Shown in pieces: positions 1-9,802 of a DNA stretch of 37,238 nt. This stretch comes from a virus (taxonomy: Duplodnaviria; Caudoviricetes): IMG/VR virus record IMGVR_UViG_3300010366_000026, positions 1 to 37,238 of that record. One strand, written 5' to 3'. Numbering within the stretch: the first letter of the stretch is position 1; every line of letters starts with the position of its first letter. The translations under genes were made by a program, and so were the position numbers. The notes under the pieces were generated by a model, which had not been told where the DNA came from, did no database searches, and was given only the letters and a program-made list of their open reading frames with translations.

Positions 1-44
1 CCGCCGGCACCGAGTAACGCGCCTAATCCGCCTTCAATACCCAT
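1..44 (-). CDS. 5' end of a gene running off the window (MGIEGGLGALLGAG...), probable ejection/internal virion protein
   Basis: ATG at 44, 8 nt after the stop of 53..1399; N-terminus resembles that of 53..1399 (MGIEALGAALFGG). Confidence 0.5.
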   Translation of the reverse strand, partial: MGIEGGLGALLGAG

Positions 45-52
45 GGCATCAC

Positions 53-1399
53 CTATGCAAAGACGGTTCCCGGCGCGAGCGGATCAGTAATCCCGGCCCG
101 CTGATACATGCCGAGCCTCGAGTTGATGAAGGCGAGATACTGCTGCGCCTGTTCCGGCGTCAGACCCTGCTGCTGCAGAAACATCATGAGCCTGCTCTGA
201 TCCATCGGCGACGACGTCTGCAGCCCGAGCAGGTCCGCCCCGCTCATCATCGGCGGCGCCGTCGCCGGGACCGGATTGCCGGCCGCATCAAAACTGACAC
301 CCACCGGCGCAACAGCCGGCGCGGCAGCACCGCCGCCGCCGCCTCCACCGGCGAGCGCCGCGGCGGCGAGCCCGCCCCCGGCGAGGCCTGCGACCGGCAA
401 TGCCGTGCCGAGCCCGGTGCCGATGCCGGCGAGCGTATTGAGCCCGGTGCCGATACCGCCACCGCCGGGCACCGGGGCCGGCGTGAAAAAGCTTGCCGGC
501 GGCGGCAAGGTCGGTTCCGGCGCAATGGGATTGATGGCGGGAATTTCGGCAGCGATTTCCTCCGGCACGCTGCCGCCGCCTGCCAGAGCGGGACTGCCAA
601 ATTCAGCCGGATTGAGTCCGAGCTCGGTCGCGATGTCGGTTGCTCCTCCGGCGAATGGCGTGGTGGTGCCGGCGATATCCAGCTGCGGCGCCACCAGGTC
701 GAGGAAACTCGGCGTGCCGATCGAGCCCGCCGGCACCGCCGTCGAGGGCAGCGCGCCTCCAAGGTCCACGCCGAAGCCGCCGGTTGCGACGTCCGCGGTG
801 TTGCCGGCGAACAGTTCCGGATTGAAAGGCCCGAACGTCGCGTTGGCGGCGTCGAGACTGGCCGGCGCGCCCAGCGCAGTAAAATCACCGGCAATCGGCG
901 ATGCCCCGCCGGTCAGTCCCCCGCCCACCTCCGCAGGTGACACGCCGCCGAACGGATTGAACGGCACACCCGCCGCCGTTAACTCTTCCGTCGCTGAACC
1001 GAACGCCAGGGGATCACCCCCCGTTCCGAGGATATCACCAAGACTGCCGCCGACGCCGCTGAACAGATTTTCAAACCCGCCGGCAACAGTCGAGCCGACA
1101 GTCTGCAGACCGCTCGCCAGGCCAGTGCCGAGCTCGCCCAGCCCCGTGCCGATGCCGGTGCCGATTTCACCGACGCCCGTTGCGATCCCGGTACCGAGCT
1201 CGCCCAGCCCGGCACCGACAGCGCCGGCAGTCTCGGCCAGGCCGGTACCGACAGCGCCGGCTGTTTCGGCGAGGCCGGTACCTATTCCTGCGGCTGCTTC
1301 ACCGACACCTGCGGCGAGACCTTCCGCTCCCGCTGCAACACCGGCGCCGACGTCCACCAGCCCGCCGAACAGCGCCGCACCCAATGCCTCGATGCCCAT
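53..1399 (-). CDS. Gly/Ala-rich acidic low-complexity protein, probable DNA-ejection (internal virion) protein
   Basis: 448 aa; 11-residue repeats (GTGLAETAGAV x2, GAGLGELGTGI, ATGVGEIGTGI); follows nozzle and GNAT genes, where P22-like ejection proteins lie. Confidence 0.6.
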   Translation of the reverse strand: MGIEALGAALFGGLVDVGAGVAAGAEGLAAGVGEAAAGIGTGLAETAGAVGTGLAETAGAVGAGLGELGTGIATGVGEIGTGIGTGLGELGTGLASGLQTVGSTVAGGFENLFSGVGGSLGDILGTGGDPLAFGSATEELTAAGVPFNPFGGVSPAEVGGGLTGGASPIAGDFTALGAPASLDAANATFGPFNPELFAGNTADVATGGFGVDLGGALPSTAVPAGSIGTPSFLDLVAPQLDIAGTTTPFAGGATDIATELGLNPAEFGSPALAGGGSVPEEIAAEIPAINPIAPEPTLPPPASFFTPAPVPGGGGIGTGLNTLAGIGTGLGTALPVAGLAGGGLAAAALAGGGGGGGAAAPAVAPVGVSFDAAGNPVPATAPPMMSGADLLGLQTSSPMDQSRLMMFLQQQGLTPEQAQQYLAFINSRLGMYQRAGITDPLAPGTVFA

Positions 1400-1401
1400 G
1401 A

Positions 1402-1908
1402 TTACAGATCCTTGCGGTGGACGATTTCATAGGGACGATAGCCGAGCGCAATCATGACGCGGTCGTGCGGCGCGTCGGTTTTGGTGCGCGCCAGCGCGAT
1501 TTTCACGCCGATCGCCGCGAGCTCCTCGAGCGCCTTTTCGCGCAGCCTGCGGCCGATGCCGAGGCGCCGGTAATTCGGCAGCACATACCAGGCGTCGTCG
1601 GTCGCTAATCGAATCTGAAAATGCAGGTCGTCGTACCAGAGGTGCGACGAGTAGCCGACGAGCTCGCCGGTATCGCGCCTTCTCGCCGAGACGATGACGA
1701 GTCTGTGCTTGTCCTGCAGGTTCTTGTAGGTCGCCAGATCCAGACTCGCGTCCATGCCGCGGAGCTCGCGGGCGTGCCGGTTGATGAGCTCGAGGTGGCG
1801 CTGCCATTCCGGATGGTCCGGGTCAATCGGCTCGCGCGCATAGACGATGTCGTCCGCCGTGATGGCCGGCGATTTGCCCGCCAGTGCGGCCGCGCTGTGA
1901 AAATCCAT
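1402..1908 (-). CDS. GNAT-family acetyltransferase
   Basis: Acetyl-CoA motif A YVLPNYRRLGIGRRL, C-terminal LGY; GGAGG RBS upstream. Confidence 0.85.
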   Translation of the reverse strand: MDFHSAAALAGKSPAITADDIVYAREPIDPDHPEWQRHLELINRHARELRGMDASLDLATYKNLQDKHRLVIVSARRRDTGELVGYSSHLWYDDLHFQIRLATDDAWYVLPNYRRLGIGRRLREKALEELAAIGVKIALARTKTDAPHDRVMIALGYRPYEIVHRKDL

Positions 1909-1917
1909 AATGCCCTC

Positions 1918-2442
1918 CTAATCCACCCGGATATCAACGATCAGATGCACCCGGTCATCGTCGGAATTGTTGATGCACGAATGCTGCTGCTTGTTTTCGA
2001 ACCACCACACCTCGCCGGTCAGCATCTGCACCGTTTCGTCACCTGACGTGAACATATTGCCGGGCCGGCCGTGCAGAACGAGGTGCGTGCGGGTGTAGAA
2101 TTCCGCATTGAGCCCGCCGTCGATATGCGGCGTGATCCTGCCGCCCGGCGGCAGCCTGGTGACGATCACCCGGCCCAGCTGCACGCCCTTGAGCGTCTGC
2201 ATGATGGCGACCGCGGTTTCCTTGAAGGCCGGCATCGCCTTCATCGGCTCGCGGTCCCAGGCGGGGATCGCGTCCAGCGAATTCTCACCCCACCGCAGCA
2301 GGATATCCGACGCCTCGATATGGGCGCTGCCGGGGAAACTGCGGCGCACCGGGTCGGCATCCCACCACCGCGGATTGACGAGCAGCAGATTTAACAGCCT
2401 CGCCGTTTCGACGCCTTCGCGCAGCCGCTGGAAGTATTTCAT
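1918..2442 (-). CDS. Aspartyl/asparaginyl beta-hydroxylase-family 2OG-Fe(II) dioxygenase
   Basis: HxD (ITPHIDG), distal His (HSCIN), DRVHLIVD; start moved to ATG 2442, which overlaps the upstream stop (ATGA). Confidence 0.85.
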   Translation of the reverse strand: MKYFQRLREGVETARLLNLLLVNPRWWDADPVRRSFPGSAHIEASDILLRWGENSLDAIPAWDREPMKAMPAFKETAVAIMQTLKGVQLGRVIVTRLPPGGRITPHIDGGLNAEFYTRTHLVLHGRPGNMFTSGDETVQMLTGEVWWFENKQQHSCINNSDDDRVHLIVDIRVD

Positions 2443-2801
2443 GTGGCACCTAATGCAACGTCGATGATGGCGTGCTCCGCATTGTGGTAGTCGAGCCACT
2501 CGTAAAAATACGCTTTGTTGTGCCAGTCGAAATCGGCGAGATTGGCGCCGGTAAAATTGATTACCTGGCGCAGCTGCTCGTGCCAGTGCTCGTGCGAATC
2601 GAGCCAGAACCGCGAGGCACGGTCATCCTTGCCGAACAGCGGACATTCCTGAATCGGAAACACCGGCAGCACCGTCGGCGGATTAAAGCCGGCAAGGATG
2701 TCGTTATAGTTCAGGTGCTGGAGGTAGTGGCTCAACGCCCAGATGCCGAGCCCGATCGTATCGCCGAACACCACCAGATTCGCCTGGAACTGGTTTCTCA
2801 T
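2439..2801 (-). CDS. Hypothetical tail-region protein with repeated His motifs
   Basis: ATGA-coupled at both ends; HYLQH, HEHWH, HNAEH motifs. Confidence 0.6.
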   Translation of the reverse strand: MRNQFQANLVVFGDTIGLGIWALSHYLQHLNYNDILAGFNPPTVLPVFPIQECPLFGKDDRASRFWLDSHEHWHEQLRQVINFTGANLADFDWHNKAYFYEWLDYHNAEHAIIDVALGAT

Positions 2802-4798
2802 GCGGCGGCCTCCGGCATGATGCCCCACAGGTCGGCATCCTGGAATTCGATGGCCACCGCGTTGAGATTGTAGTGGCTCGCCGGGAATTGCAGCGTCGCA
2901 CCGATGAATTTCCCGTAGCCGTCGACGCTGGTGTACGGAAATCCGAAATGCCCGGCGCGCGTCGTCAGATCGTAGCTGACATGGCCGTGCTCGGTGTCGA
3001 TGGTAAACGTCTGGTCCTGCTTCGTCTGCGAATAGGCCGCAATGCCCGCCCTTATCGCCTGCTTGGCAATCAGCGGCTCCGACGCCGCCGACAGCGACGT
3101 CTGCAACTTGATCGGCATGACGGCATTCTGATCCTCGAGCAGCCAGGTGATATCGGTGCCGCTCGAGCCGAAAGTCTCGATCAGCAGCGTCGAGAGCAGC
3201 GGCGCCCAGCAGATAGCGGTGAGATTGTCACCCTGCGAGACCACGAACCACGTCGCACTCTGGCTCTGCTGAAATACGCAGATAATCGAGCGCGGACCGC
3301 GCTGCGGGTCCTTGTAGCGCAGCATGACCATGTAGGTGTGGATATTGTTCATATCGTTGAGCGCCGCCGACGGCTCCAGCGAGAAATCCGCATTGATGAA
3401 AATGCCGTCCAGGTCATCCGAGACCTTCTGCACGGTTGACCCGAAAATCCCGTAAACACCGTGCTTGTTGGCGAAAAACAACAGCCGGTTATAACTTACG
3501 ATCGTCATCAGGAACGATGTGCCGATATCGCTCGCCAGCGTCACCGGCTTGAACAGCGTCACACTGTTCTGAACGGTGATATCACCGATAATCCTCACCG
3601 ACTGATCACCGAAAATAAACAGCAGATTATTGCGGTTGCGCAGCGCCGTGATCGAGTGGACCAGATCATAATCGGTGATGGTGGTGGCGCCGGCCGCATT
3701 GGCCGGGTCGAGGTCGTCAAAGCCCTCGGTGCCGGTCCAGTTGAGCACGCGGCCGCTGGCCCACCACAGCCGGCCGCCGAACACGTCGAGCGTGGTCCCG
3801 AAAATCTGCGGCAGGACGTTAACGGTCGCCACCGCATTCTGATCAAGCCCGCCGGGGCCAGGCGGCACCGAGGGAATGAACGTAATATTGACCTGCTCGC
3901 CCTGCACATAACCGTGGCCGGGAAACTGCGGATTGAGCGTCACCGACGACACCTGGCCGCCCGCGACGGTCGCGGTAGCGCGCGCGCCGCTGCCGTGACC
4001 GCCCGAGAAAACGACCTGCGGCGGCAGAATGTAGCCGGTGCCGGGATTGGTGATGTGCAGCTGCTCGAGCGAACCGGCGGCACTGCCGAGGGCGACGCCT
4101 GTGCCGCCGCCGCCCGGCGCATCATTGCCGTGCGGGGTGATCACCACCTGCACCTGATCGGTCGGCCCGAACCCGGTGCCGGGATTGGTCAGCGTAATGC
4201 CGACCACGGAACCGTCGGCCACCTGTGCGGTCGCGGTGGCGCCGGAGCCGCTGCCGCCGACGAAACTGATATCCGGCGGCAATGTGAACCCGCTGCCGCC
4301 GTTGGTAACAACGATATTCGGCGACAGCCCGCCGCTGCGGCTGAATACCGTGCCGTCCCAGGAGAAAAACCCGCCGACGGGATCGATAATCAGTATCCGC
4401 TCGGAGGCCCACACGGTGAGGTCCGGCTGCGGCGAGAATGTTCCCTCCGGCGCGAACTGCACGACGGCGCCGGTGTTCGCTTCGATCGTATAGCCGCCGC
4501 CGCCGAACGTGAACGCAACGATAAAATCCTGCTGCCCGACATTGGCGAAAAACAGCCGGCTGACCGTCGAGTGCGTGATATTGGCGAGCCTCGGTGCCGG
4601 CCCCGGCACAACTTTCAAATCGTTGGGCGCAATCGGCTGCAGATTTTCGATCCACGCCGCCTCGCGCTCCAGCAAATTCTGCCGCATCACCTTGGTGTTC
4701 ATCTTTTCAAAACGATCGAACACAAGAAGGCGGTTCGGCACTAATCCCTGCGAACGAGGCGCGGCACCGGCACTCATCGGACGGGAACGCACCGCCAT
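2798..4798 (-). CDS. Tail nozzle / DNA-stabilisation protein (P22 gp10 / T7 tubular B-like)
   Basis: 666 aa, beta-propeller-like sequence, directly after the adaptor; inserted (N/G)xGxG[YF]xxPP modules. Confidence 0.65.
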   Translation of the reverse strand: MAVRSRPMSAGAAPRSQGLVPNRLLVFDRFEKMNTKVMRQNLLEREAAWIENLQPIAPNDLKVVPGPAPRLANITHSTVSRLFFANVGQQDFIVAFTFGGGGYTIEANTGAVVQFAPEGTFSPQPDLTVWASERILIIDPVGGFFSWDGTVFSRSGGLSPNIVVTNGGSGFTLPPDISFVGGSGSGATATAQVADGSVVGITLTNPGTGFGPTDQVQVVITPHGNDAPGGGGTGVALGSAAGSLEQLHITNPGTGYILPPQVVFSGGHGSGARATATVAGGQVSSVTLNPQFPGHGYVQGEQVNITFIPSVPPGPGGLDQNAVATVNVLPQIFGTTLDVFGGRLWWASGRVLNWTGTEGFDDLDPANAAGATTITDYDLVHSITALRNRNNLLFIFGDQSVRIIGDITVQNSVTLFKPVTLASDIGTSFLMTIVSYNRLLFFANKHGVYGIFGSTVQKVSDDLDGIFINADFSLEPSAALNDMNNIHTYMVMLRYKDPQRGPRSIICVFQQSQSATWFVVSQGDNLTAICWAPLLSTLLIETFGSSGTDITWLLEDQNAVMPIKLQTSLSAASEPLIAKQAIRAGIAAYSQTKQDQTFTIDTEHGHVSYDLTTRAGHFGFPYTSVDGYGKFIGATLQFPASHYNLNAVAIEFQDADLWGIMPEAAA

Positions 4799-4831
4799 CA
4801 GATTTCTCTCTGGTCGGGACTGCGCTCCATC

Positions 4832-6220
4832 CTATGTCCTCCGCATTTTCTGGATGGCGGCGCGGTTATAAGGATTGACGACGCGCACACCGCCGGCACC
4901 CGCGATAATGCGCGGTACGTAGCTGTCATAACGCTGCGCGTAGTAGAGCGTCTGTCCGAAATTCTGATGTTTCATCAACAGAAGCTCGGCGGCGCGGAAC
5001 TGCACCGCCTGCCCCCACGGCGCCGGAATATCGGTATCGAGATCGGTGAGGTTTTCAAGCGGCGACGCGACGCGCACCACATCCCATTCCGAGCGGTAGA
5101 ACTGATCGGGCGGCGGATCGATATAGACGAGCCTGTCCTGCTGATGGATCGTCCAGATAGCGGGCTGCGCGGTCCATCCCTGCGCCTGCAGCATCCTGGC
5201 CCACGCCTGAAACACGCCGAAGCCGCGAAACGACAACATATAGCGCCGCGTATTCCAGATGACCGAAATCGAGATGATATTGATCAGATCATCGAACATA
5301 ATCGCTCTGCAGAGCGCGCCGTGGCGGTTGTAGAACGTCTGCCGGCCGCCATCGACCGGCACCAGGCGCGGCCGCAAAAACTGCACCTCCTCGCCGGGCA
5401 GCGGCACCGGCGCTGGCGGCAGCGGAAATGTCACCTCCCCGGTTTTCGCGTGGCGGCCCATGAACGTCACCCGGCCCCACGTCACCGCCTGGTCGCGCCG
5501 GTTGCGCCACTGCACGGCCTGCTCAGTGAAGAACCACACGGTTCCGTGCCGCCCGCTCCAGCGCACATGCCGGTTACGGTTATTGAGCCACCAGGCCGGC
5601 GGCAGCGCGAAGCTGTTGAACCACCGCACAGGCCTGCGCCAGCGGTTCAGCCACTCGCCCGGCTCATCACCGGGGCGGAACCGGCCATTGATCCACTGCA
5701 CGCATTTGCGCCGCCGGTTGAGCCAGCAGGGCGGCTCGTCGCACGGGTCGGTAACAAATTTGACGGCGGTCCAGCACACCTCGTGCCGGAAGCAATTGAC
5801 CCACCACACCGACGCCGGCCGGACATGAATAAACGGCGGTTCGGTGTAGCCGCGGCCCCAGCGAGTAAGCATGATCGCGGTGAGGATGCCGCCCTCGATA
5901 ATGCCAAAACCCTCGGCAGTAATACCGCCAGGCGGTGCCGGCGAGAACGTTATCGGGATCTTCGAACCGGGAAAGGTGGTCGAGCTCCAGATAATGCGCG
6001 CACCGGCGACGATGCCGTCCTCGTTGTACGGGTAGATTTCCTGCATCGGCTGCAGCGACACCGGCAGCAGCGAGCGCACACAGTTCATGTCGACCGAGAC
6101 ATCCCTGCGCGCGTCGTTGATACGGTCGATAATTTCCTGCTGCGTCCACGCCGAAAACGACACGTCATGGATCAGCGACTGCACCTGATCCATGTAATCC
6201 TGCAGCGTGAACGTGGTCAC
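4832..6220 (-). CDS. Head-tail adaptor (P22 gp4 / tubular A-like) with a large insertion
   Basis: GTG start overlapping the upstream TGA; adaptor-like termini ([15 protein letters not shown]...[11 protein letters not shown]; [10 protein letters not shown]...[17 protein letters not shown]). Confidence 0.65.
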   Translation of the reverse strand: MTTFTLQDYMDQVQSLIHDVSFSAWTQQEIIDRINDARRDVSVDMNCVRSLLPVSLQPMQEIYPYNEDGIVAGARIIWSSTTFPGSKIPITFSPAPPGGITAEGFGIIEGGILTAIMLTRWGRGYTEPPFIHVRPASVWWVNCFRHEVCWTAVKFVTDPCDEPPCWLNRRRKCVQWINGRFRPGDEPGEWLNRWRRPVRWFNSFALPPAWWLNNRNRHVRWSGRHGTVWFFTEQAVQWRNRRDQAVTWGRVTFMGRHAKTGEVTFPLPPAPVPLPGEEVQFLRPRLVPVDGGRQTFYNRHGALCRAIMFDDLINIISISVIWNTRRYMLSFRGFGVFQAWARMLQAQGWTAQPAIWTIHQQDRLVYIDPPPDQFYRSEWDVVRVASPLENLTDLDTDIPAPWGQAVQFRAAELLLMKHQNFGQTLYYAQRYDSYVPRIIAGAGGVRVVNPYNRAAIQKMRRT

Positions 6221-7878
6221 TGGAATCCATACTCCCAGACAACACAATAACCACTGCCGCCAGTACCGCCTTGCGCAGTCGCAATCACATTGTGAATGAC
6301 ACCGCCGCCACCGCCGCCGCCCACTGTTCCCGGACCACCATTGCCGGGGCTGTTCGCGCCCGCGGCACCGACACCGGCACCGCTGCCGATGGGGCTGACG
6401 GCACCGTTGCCGCCGTAAGCGATCAGCGGCAACCCCTCGGGCACGGTCCACACCGTACCGGGAAATCCAGGATTACCGCCAAAAAACTCTCCGGGATAAC
6501 TGGTCGGATTGGCGGACTGCGGCAGTCCCGGTTGCCCGCTATTTGGTCCGCCGCCTGCGTTCGGAGCACCGTTACCGCCGCCAATGGCGACGCAAAATGC
6601 GCCGAATGAAGTCGGCGTCCCGCTGCTCACACCGATGACACCGCCGGCACCTACGGTCACCTGTTGCTGCACACCGATCTGCGCAGCGGTGAGCAATACG
6701 CGGCTGAGACCTCCGGATGCGCCGCCGCCGCCGCCGAGCGCAAATCCGCCGGCAGCCGCACTTGCCGACCCGCCGGCGCCGCCGCCGCCGACACATTCGA
6801 CGATCGCCCACTGCAGGCCTGCAGGCGGCATATAGATGCCGCTCGAGGTAAATCTCTGAATGCTGAGCTTGATCTGCGGCGTGCCGCTAACCGGCGGCAC
6901 GGCCCAGCTGCCGTCGGCGCGCATAAAATTCGCCGTGCCGCCACCGCTGGCCGGCACCACACCCTGGGTAGTTGGGGTAAACAGCAACAGGTGCGATGTC
7001 ATACTTTGAATCGGGAACGGCCCGGGCGTGTTCAGCAAGCCGGTAATATTGCCCAGCACGTAGCCATCAGGCATTTGCTGGTCCGCAACGGACTGGACCC
7101 AAAGGCCTACAGCGCGGAGACTCGCATTGCCCGGCGTGCTAACGGGCGGCGCCGGCACCGCACCCGAGGCACCGCCATAGGCATACACATCGACCAGCGA
7201 AGTAAGCTGCGCGCGGCTGAGCGGTGCCGGCATTTGAGCCGCGCCGGAGACATTACCGAGCACCGTCTGATCCGGCACCGATTCAAAGCCGGGACCGGGG
7301 GGACCTTGCGGACCGGTCGCACCGACAGGCCCGGTGGGCCCCGTTGCACCGGGCGTTCCCTGCGGCCCGGTATCTCCGGGCGGCCCGGTGGGCCCCTGTT
7401 CGCCGGGCGGCCCCTGCTGGCCTGGTGGTCCGGCGTCGATCCACTGGGTGCCGTCCCAGATAAACAGCCTGTCGACGTCCGCGACCAGGTAGGCGTCGCC
7501 GTTGGCATTGCCGGTCTGCGGCAGCGCGGATTCCGTCGCCACCTCGCCAAGGAAATTGATGCCGGCGCCGGGCGGTCCCTGCGGTCCGGGCGGTCCCTGC
7601 GGTCCCGGCTCGCCGCGCGGCACATGGGTGAGAAACTGCACCACCTCGTGCCGGCGATTGCGCCACCGCACCGCCTGGCCGCGGATGTTAAGCCAGCCGG
7701 TGAGCGGCGGCCCCGGCTCGCCCGGTTCGCCGGGCTTGCCCTGCGTCGCCTCGCGCACCGCCCGGGCGACGAATTCGGTGCTGGCGATCGCGTGGCTGCG
7801 GTCGCCGCGCGGCCGCGTCGGCACCAGCGGATCGTGCAGCGCGACGGCGCCGTCTTTGATGTCGCCGATCGCTCTCAT
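6217..7878 (-). CDS. Collagen-repeat tail fibre with Gly-rich C-terminal domain
   Basis: Gly-X-Y tracts ([13 protein letters not shown] etc.), [14 protein letters not shown]-terminal [24 protein letters not shown]; ATGA-coupled start. Confidence 0.8.
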   Translation of the reverse strand: MRAIGDIKDGAVALHDPLVPTRPRGDRSHAIASTEFVARAVREATQGKPGEPGEPGPPLTGWLNIRGQAVRWRNRRHEVVQFLTHVPRGEPGPQGPPGPQGPPGAGINFLGEVATESALPQTGNANGDAYLVADVDRLFIWDGTQWIDAGPPGQQGPPGEQGPTGPPGDTGPQGTPGATGPTGPVGATGPQGPPGPGFESVPDQTVLGNVSGAAQMPAPLSRAQLTSLVDVYAYGGASGAVPAPPVSTPGNASLRAVGLWVQSVADQQMPDGYVLGNITGLLNTPGPFPIQSMTSHLLLFTPTTQGVVPASGGGTANFMRADGSWAVPPVSGTPQIKLSIQRFTSSGIYMPPAGLQWAIVECVGGGGAGGSASAAAGGFALGGGGGASGGLSRVLLTAAQIGVQQQVTVGAGGVIGVSSGTPTSFGAFCVAIGGGNGAPNAGGGPNSGQPGLPQSANPTSYPGEFFGGNPGFPGTVWTVPEGLPLIAYGGNGAVSPIGSGAGVGAAGANSPGNGGPGTVGGGGGGGVIHNVIATAQGGTGGSGYCVVWEYGFQ

Positions 7879-8321
7879 GTGAGCTCTATGACGGTGAGCG
7901 GATGGTCGCCGCCTTCGACCGCGAAGGCCTGCCACGCCATCGTGACGTTGCCGGAAATCGGCAGATCACCGCCGTTGCCGTACACCAGCAGACAGCCGCC
8001 GCGCCGGTGCGGTCCGGGGTGGAGAGGTCTGTTACCCACCGGCACCGGCGGCCGCTGCAGGGGGATCTCGCGGTGGTGCTCGCGCCACTGGTCCGGCAGC
8101 TGCTCGCCCCAATGCGGGCGGTCATGGTCAGGCCGGCAATCGTCGCGCTCGTGCGGATCATGCACGACGATCACCGGCGCCACCAGGATGTCGACACAGC
8201 CCGGATTGTGAAAAACGATCTGGGTTCTGCTTGCGTTTGCCGGCGCGACGATGCGCGGATGCCGGCCGATATTATTCCAGGCCCGGACAGTCGAGATTGC
8301 CAGATTGAGACCCGGCCGCAT
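7875..8321 (-). CDS. Small virion structural protein
   Basis: GAGGA RBS; [16 protein letters not shown]...WQAFA...LTVIE beta-rich protein with an internal His/Arg/Pro insert. Confidence 0.6.
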   Translation of the reverse strand: MRPGLNLAISTVRAWNNIGRHPRIVAPANASRTQIVFHNPGCVDILVAPVIVVHDPHERDDCRPDHDRPHWGEQLPDQWREHHREIPLQRPPVPVGNRPLHPGPHRRGGCLLVYGNGGDLPISGNVTMAWQAFAVEGGDHPLTVIELT

Positions 8322-8339
8322 CGCACATCCTCATGAGTG

Positions 8340-8834
8340 CTACTCTTTCGCCCCGGGCGGCACCGGCAAGGTGGCGTATTTTCTCGAGGTCTTGCCGAGT
8401 CTGGTGGAGGCGGCGGCGAGCTCGTCCGGCGACAGGTCCGGCGGCACCTGCGGATCATCGATCGGCTGCGCCCGCGTCGGATCGCTCACCCGGCGGATCT
8501 CGAAGGTCTCCACCGAAATCTCGATATTGCCGGCGAGCTCCTGAAACCGCATTTTCCGGGTATCGGGATCAATCTGCACATGCTCAGGTCGGTTCCAGCC
8601 CCAGCGTTTCGCCATGTGCAGCGCGCGGTAGTCCGGCTCGCCGGGATAGCCGAGGATGTGCTGCGCGGCGTCGAGCGGCAGGTCGACAAACTCGTTGGGG
8701 CGGAATTCATAGGGCACGCCGTCGTAACGGTCCCTGATCGTGAACAGATTGCGGTTGATAACGCGTATCCGGTGGATCTGCGGATCAGCCGGAAAATCCA
8801 TGTCGCCGGGCGAGGGATGGAAGACGTCGCTCAT
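8340..8834 (-). CDS. Hypothetical head-associated protein
   Basis: ATGA-coupled to 8831..9799, 164 aa, in the capsid operon. Confidence 0.6.
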   Translation of the reverse strand: MSDVFHPSPGDMDFPADPQIHRIRVINRNLFTIRDRYDGVPYEFRPNEFVDLPLDAAQHILGYPGEPDYRALHMAKRWGWNRPEHVQIDPDTRKMRFQELAGNIEISVETFEIRRVSDPTRAQPIDDPQVPPDLSPDELAAASTRLGKTSRKYATLPVPPGAKE

Positions 8835-9799
8835 GCCTGCACCACGGCCTGGACGGTGGACGTATCGACGGCGGCGGCCGCGGTGGAGAGCACCGCCGTT
8901 GCGGTGGCGCCGGCAAGGCCGGTCGCGGCGAAGGTGATGGCCGGCGCAGCCGAGTAATTGCCGCCGCCGTAGATGACGACGACGCCGGTGAGCGTGCCGG
9001 ACCCGGTCAGCGCGTTACCCTGCAGCAGCGCCCCGCGGACGGCGTCGATACGCGGCTGATAGAGCGTACCGGGCCAGACGTTCTGCGGTGCCACCAGGCC
9101 GGGCGCCGGCCACGGCCAGTGCGGCGGCCACACCAGCGCCGGCTGATAGGGCGGATGGTCGAACGGCCACCGCGGCGCACCCTGGTAAAATTTCGCCTGC
9201 GGAATGATGTAAAACTGCGGCACCGATTTATAGCCGGCGCCGGGATTGACCACCGTTACCGAGGCAATGCCGCCGGCCGCATTGGTGGCGCAAACGAACG
9301 TCGCCTGCACGCCGCCGTCGGGCGGCGGATCGCAGCAGATGACCGGCGGCACCTCGAAATCCTGTCCGGGCTGCACCACGGTCGGCGCCGGCACTGTGCC
9401 GCCGACGATCGCGTAGCCCTGCGCCGTGATGCCCGGCAATGTCGCGGCCGCAAACGACAGCGTGGCTGACGTTTCCACCGGCCCGATGCCGTTGGTGCCG
9501 CCGGACCCGGCCGCACCGATCGTTACGTTAGTGACGGAACCGGAGGCGTTGTACAAACGATAATTGCCGCCGTCGCAGCTGATCGGGATCACCATCGAAG
9601 GCGAGGGCAGCAGCACCGGCACCCAGCAGCGTTTCAGCGGATGAAAATACTGCAGCAGCGTATTCGGCCCGACGGTGACCAGGTAATCGCCGGACGGAAA
9701 CAGCCAGATACCGCCCGACTGCAGCGCCACTTCGCCGGGGATGCCGCAGATCTGCGGTGACGTCCGCGGCAAGATAAACGGACCACGAATTTGCGCCAT
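8831..9799 (-). CDS. Virion structural (decoration-like) protein
   Basis: Immediately after the major capsid gene; VVNPGAGYKSVP-type beta repeats. Confidence 0.6.
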   Translation of the reverse strand: MAQIRGPFILPRTSPQICGIPGEVALQSGGIWLFPSGDYLVTVGPNTLLQYFHPLKRCWVPVLLPSPSMVIPISCDGGNYRLYNASGSVTNVTIGAAGSGGTNGIGPVETSATLSFAAATLPGITAQGYAIVGGTVPAPTVVQPGQDFEVPPVICCDPPPDGGVQATFVCATNAAGGIASVTVVNPGAGYKSVPQFYIIPQAKFYQGAPRWPFDHPPYQPALVWPPHWPWPAPGLVAPQNVWPGTLYQPRIDAVRGALLQGNALTGSGTLTGVVVIYGGGNYSAAPAITFAATGLAGATATAVLSTAAAAVDTSTVQAVVQA

Positions 9800-9802
9800 A
9801 GG

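Noticed and set aside
7290-7740. Short tandem DNA repeats as a CRISPR or DGR element
   Set aside because: Explained by collagen Gly-X-Y codons; no spacers, cas genes or reverse transcriptase
276-8211. Long plus-strand ORFs (276..1457, 3461..4744, 4967..6250, 6664..8211)
   Set aside because: Antisense shadows of GC-rich genes; no RBS or motifs, and the minus-strand genes are tightly coupled
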